Assembly (NCBI GenBank): GCA_044220955.1
Contig: JBGAQA010000008.1
Location: forward strand, 64,316 to 128,315
Direction: 5' to 3'
DNA length: 64,000 nt
DNA from: Sandaracinaceae bacterium
GTDB taxonomy: Bacteria > Myxococcota_A > Polyangia > Polyangiales > Sandaracinaceae
Numbering within the stretch: the stretch's first letter is position 1; each line of letters starts with the position of its first letter. The position numbers were made by a program, and so were the translations under genes. Shown piece by piece: positions 61,903 to 64,000 of this stretch. The notes beneath the pieces were generated by a model. The model made no database searches. It saw nothing but the letters and a program-made list of their open reading frames with translations, and was not told the DNA's origin.

Positions 61903-62706
61903 ATGCGGATCTGGCTCACCCTTGCACTCCTCTCCTCGGTCGCCGGCTGTGCGGGCGATCACCTCGTCGAGCCGGGAAACGACGCCGGCTGGCACTCGAT
62001 CCCCGCGTACGACGCGGGGGCGCTGCCTCGGGACGGCGGCCCGATCCCGTCCCTCGACGCCGGAGCGGCGTCGGCATGCCACGACGTGGCCATCACGCGC
62101 GCGCACGTGCCTGCCGCCGTGCGCCTCGGGGCCACGGTGCCCGTGCACGTGGCGAGCGACACGAGCTCCTTCACCTCGTGCGGGTGCGACACGCGCGCGT
62201 CGCTCTCGGGAGCGGGGCAGGTCTCGCTCGCGGCGTGCGACTGCTGTCTCGACTGCGACTGCATCGACTTCGGGTACGAGGCCACGGTCTCGCTTCCGGG
62301 CCCCGCTCTGCCCGGCCCCGTGGGCGTCGCCGTCGAGGGGGCGCTGGTGCCGATCCCGACCACGATCGTGGATCCGGCCGCGTGCGTCGGGAGCGCCGCG
62401 CGCGTCACGGAGCTCCGGCCGCTCGCTCCCGATGCGCGCCTGCGTCAGGGATCGCCGGCGGGCGGCTGGGTGGAGCTTCGCGCGTACGAGCCGCGCTGCT
62501 GCGGGGAACCGCTCCAGCTGGTGACACCCGTGCTCGCGGCCGACGGCGCGATAGACCTGACGCTCGCCGACTGCAACCCGGACCTGTGCGAGTGCGCGAG
62601 CGACGAGCCGCACGACGCGTCCACGCCGGTCTATCTGGGGTCGCTCTCGCCCGGAACCTACACCGTGCGCGCCGGCACGGCGTCGACGACGATCACGATC
62701 CCGTGA
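61903..62706 (+). CDS. Cys-rich lipoprotein, hypothetical
   Basis: VAGC lipobox, DAG linker, CDCCLDCDC. Confidence 0.65.
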   Translation: MRIWLTLALLSSVAGCAGDHLVEPGNDAGWHSIPAYDAGALPRDGGPIPSLDAGAASACHDVAITRAHVPAAVRLGATVPVHVASDTSSFTSCGCDTRASLSGAGQVSLAACDCCLDCDCIDFGYEATVSLPGPALPGPVGVAVEGALVPIPTTIVDPAACVGSAARVTELRPLAPDARLRQGSPAGGWVELRAYEPRCCGEPLQLVTPVLAADGAIDLTLADCNPDLCECASDEPHDASTPVYLGSLSPGTYTVRAGTASTTITIP

Positions 62707-63448
62707 TCAGCTCGCGCGCCGCCGTCGCGAACACGTCGGCCAGCTCGCGGTAGAGCGCGGCGCCTTCCTTCGCCGACGCATCGGCCGGGAAGCCGAAGTA
62801 CGCCTCCGGGCCGCCGGCCTCTCCGAAGCTCTTCTTGCCCTCCTTGATCGCCCGGGAGAGGGACGTCGGGTTCGCGGCGAGCGTCCTGGCGCGCTCGGTC
62901 TTCACCAGCGCCGGCTGCGCCGCGAGCACGAGGCTCGTCTCGTAGCTGCCCGCGTGGCAGGCGCCGCTCTTGAATTCCTCGCCCAGCCGCAGCGCGTGGG
63001 GCTTGCGCGTCACGTCGGGGAACACGGCGCGCGCGCCCTTCGCGACCGCCGCCTCCAGGCCGCCCCGGAGCGCGGCCAGGTTGTCGGGCTCGAGGTGCGC
63101 GTTGACGATCACGACGCCGCGGAAGCCGGTCCGCACCGCGCCGAGGATCACGTCGCGCACGAGCGCCGTCGCCGTCTCGAGCGGGAGCGAGATCGTCCCG
63201 GCGAACTCCGCCGCGTACTCGGTCACGGCGTAGGCGAGGGGTGGCAAGACGAGCGCGCTCCGGCCCTCGTCCCGCAGGATGCGCGCCGCCCGCTTGGCAG
63301 CTTCGCGCGAGATCACGACATCCGTCGCGAGCGGCAGGTGCGGGCCGTGCGCCTCGGTCGCGCCCGTCGGCAAGAGCGCCACCGCGCCCTCGGCGATCGC
63401 GGAGCGCGCCTCCTCGTACGTCAGATCCGCGAGCTCGAGCGAGGCCAT
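62693..63448 (-). CDS. Creatininase / mycofactocin MftE-like amidohydrolase
   Basis: LPTGATEAHGPHLPLATD, VNAH, HAGSYETS. Confidence 0.88.
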   Translation of the reverse strand: MASLELADLTYEEARSAIAEGAVALLPTGATEAHGPHLPLATDVVISREAAKRAARILRDEGRSALVLPPLAYAVTEYAAEFAGTISLPLETATALVRDVILGAVRTGFRGVVIVNAHLEPDNLAALRGGLEAAVAKGARAVFPDVTRKPHALRLGEEFKSGACHAGSYETSLVLAAQPALVKTERARTLAANPTSLSRAIKEGKKSFGEAGGPEAYFGFPADASAKEGAALYRELADVFATAARELITGS

Positions 63449-63474
63449 GCGAGATCGTCTACCACGGCGTCCCG

Positions 63475-63770
63475 TCAGCGCGCACGGCTCGCGCGGACCA
63501 CCGCGGGCAACCCGACGCCGAGCACGGCGAAGCCCACCGCGCCGGCGAGCAGCGTCGCCCCGAGCTGGATGCCGTGGAGCGCGAGCGCGAACGCGCGGGC
63601 CGCATCGGCGTCACGCCCCAGGAGCACCAGCGCTCCGACGGCGCCTGCCTCGAACGAACCGACGAAGCCCGGGGTCGGCACGAGCACGACGGCCGACACG
63701 GTGGCTGCCCAGCACACGAGGGTCGTCGCCGCGGAGGCCTCGAGCGCGGGGAAGCACGCCGATCGTCGTG
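63475..63770 (-). pseudogene. C-terminal fragment of a lysylphosphatidylglycerol-synthase-TM/flippase-like membrane protein
   Basis: VPTPGFVGSFEAG..AFALALHGIQL; N-terminal TMs missing, joined to unrelated sequence. Confidence 0.55.
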
Positions 63771-64000
63771 CCGAGGGCGCCACCCGCACCCTTGGCGCCG
63801 AGCACGACGCCGGTGGCGCCCGTCGTCACGCCCGCAGTGATCACGCCGCCCGCGGTGGTCCCCGAGCCCGTCGTCATCCCGGCGGTCACGTTGGAACCGT
63901 CACCCGACGCCCTGCAGCGGCGGCTCGACCGGAGGCTGCGCGCGAGGTCTCTGGGGTCGCGGGTTCGCTTCGCGAATCGGGACGTCGGAGACCATGCGCT

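Overview
Very GC-rich bacterial chromosomal segment, most consistent with a Polyangiales/Sandaracinus-like myxobacterium (MYXO-CTERM tail, many Cys-rich 'DAG'-linker lipoproteins); the taxonomy is inferred. Housekeeping blocks are an xdhB tail, a fatty-acid desaturase, recC-recB-recD, a glutathione cluster (gshB, ggt, GST), a thiolase, mreC-mreD-mrdA-rodA and a creatininase-family gene. Highlights: (1) a complete group II intron (about 42275-44303) sits exactly at the start codon of ggt and appears to rebuild an SD plus ATG from its own 3' end; (2) a DNA methyltransferase carries a 409-aa LAGLIDADG intein with an inserted C2H2 zinc finger and HTH, and heads an MTase / Phd-VapC / PD-(D/E)XK / recCBD gene string; (3) a 23-kb accessory region (16.3-39.5 kb) is built from duplicated gene 3' ends, a recurring degenerate spacer and gene remnants, and holds 5 of the window's 7 type II TA modules, with no integrase or transposase in view; (4) two families of structured intergenic repeats occur. 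No CRISPR array, tRNA or rRNA was seen. Family calls come from motif recognition by eye; no database searches were run.
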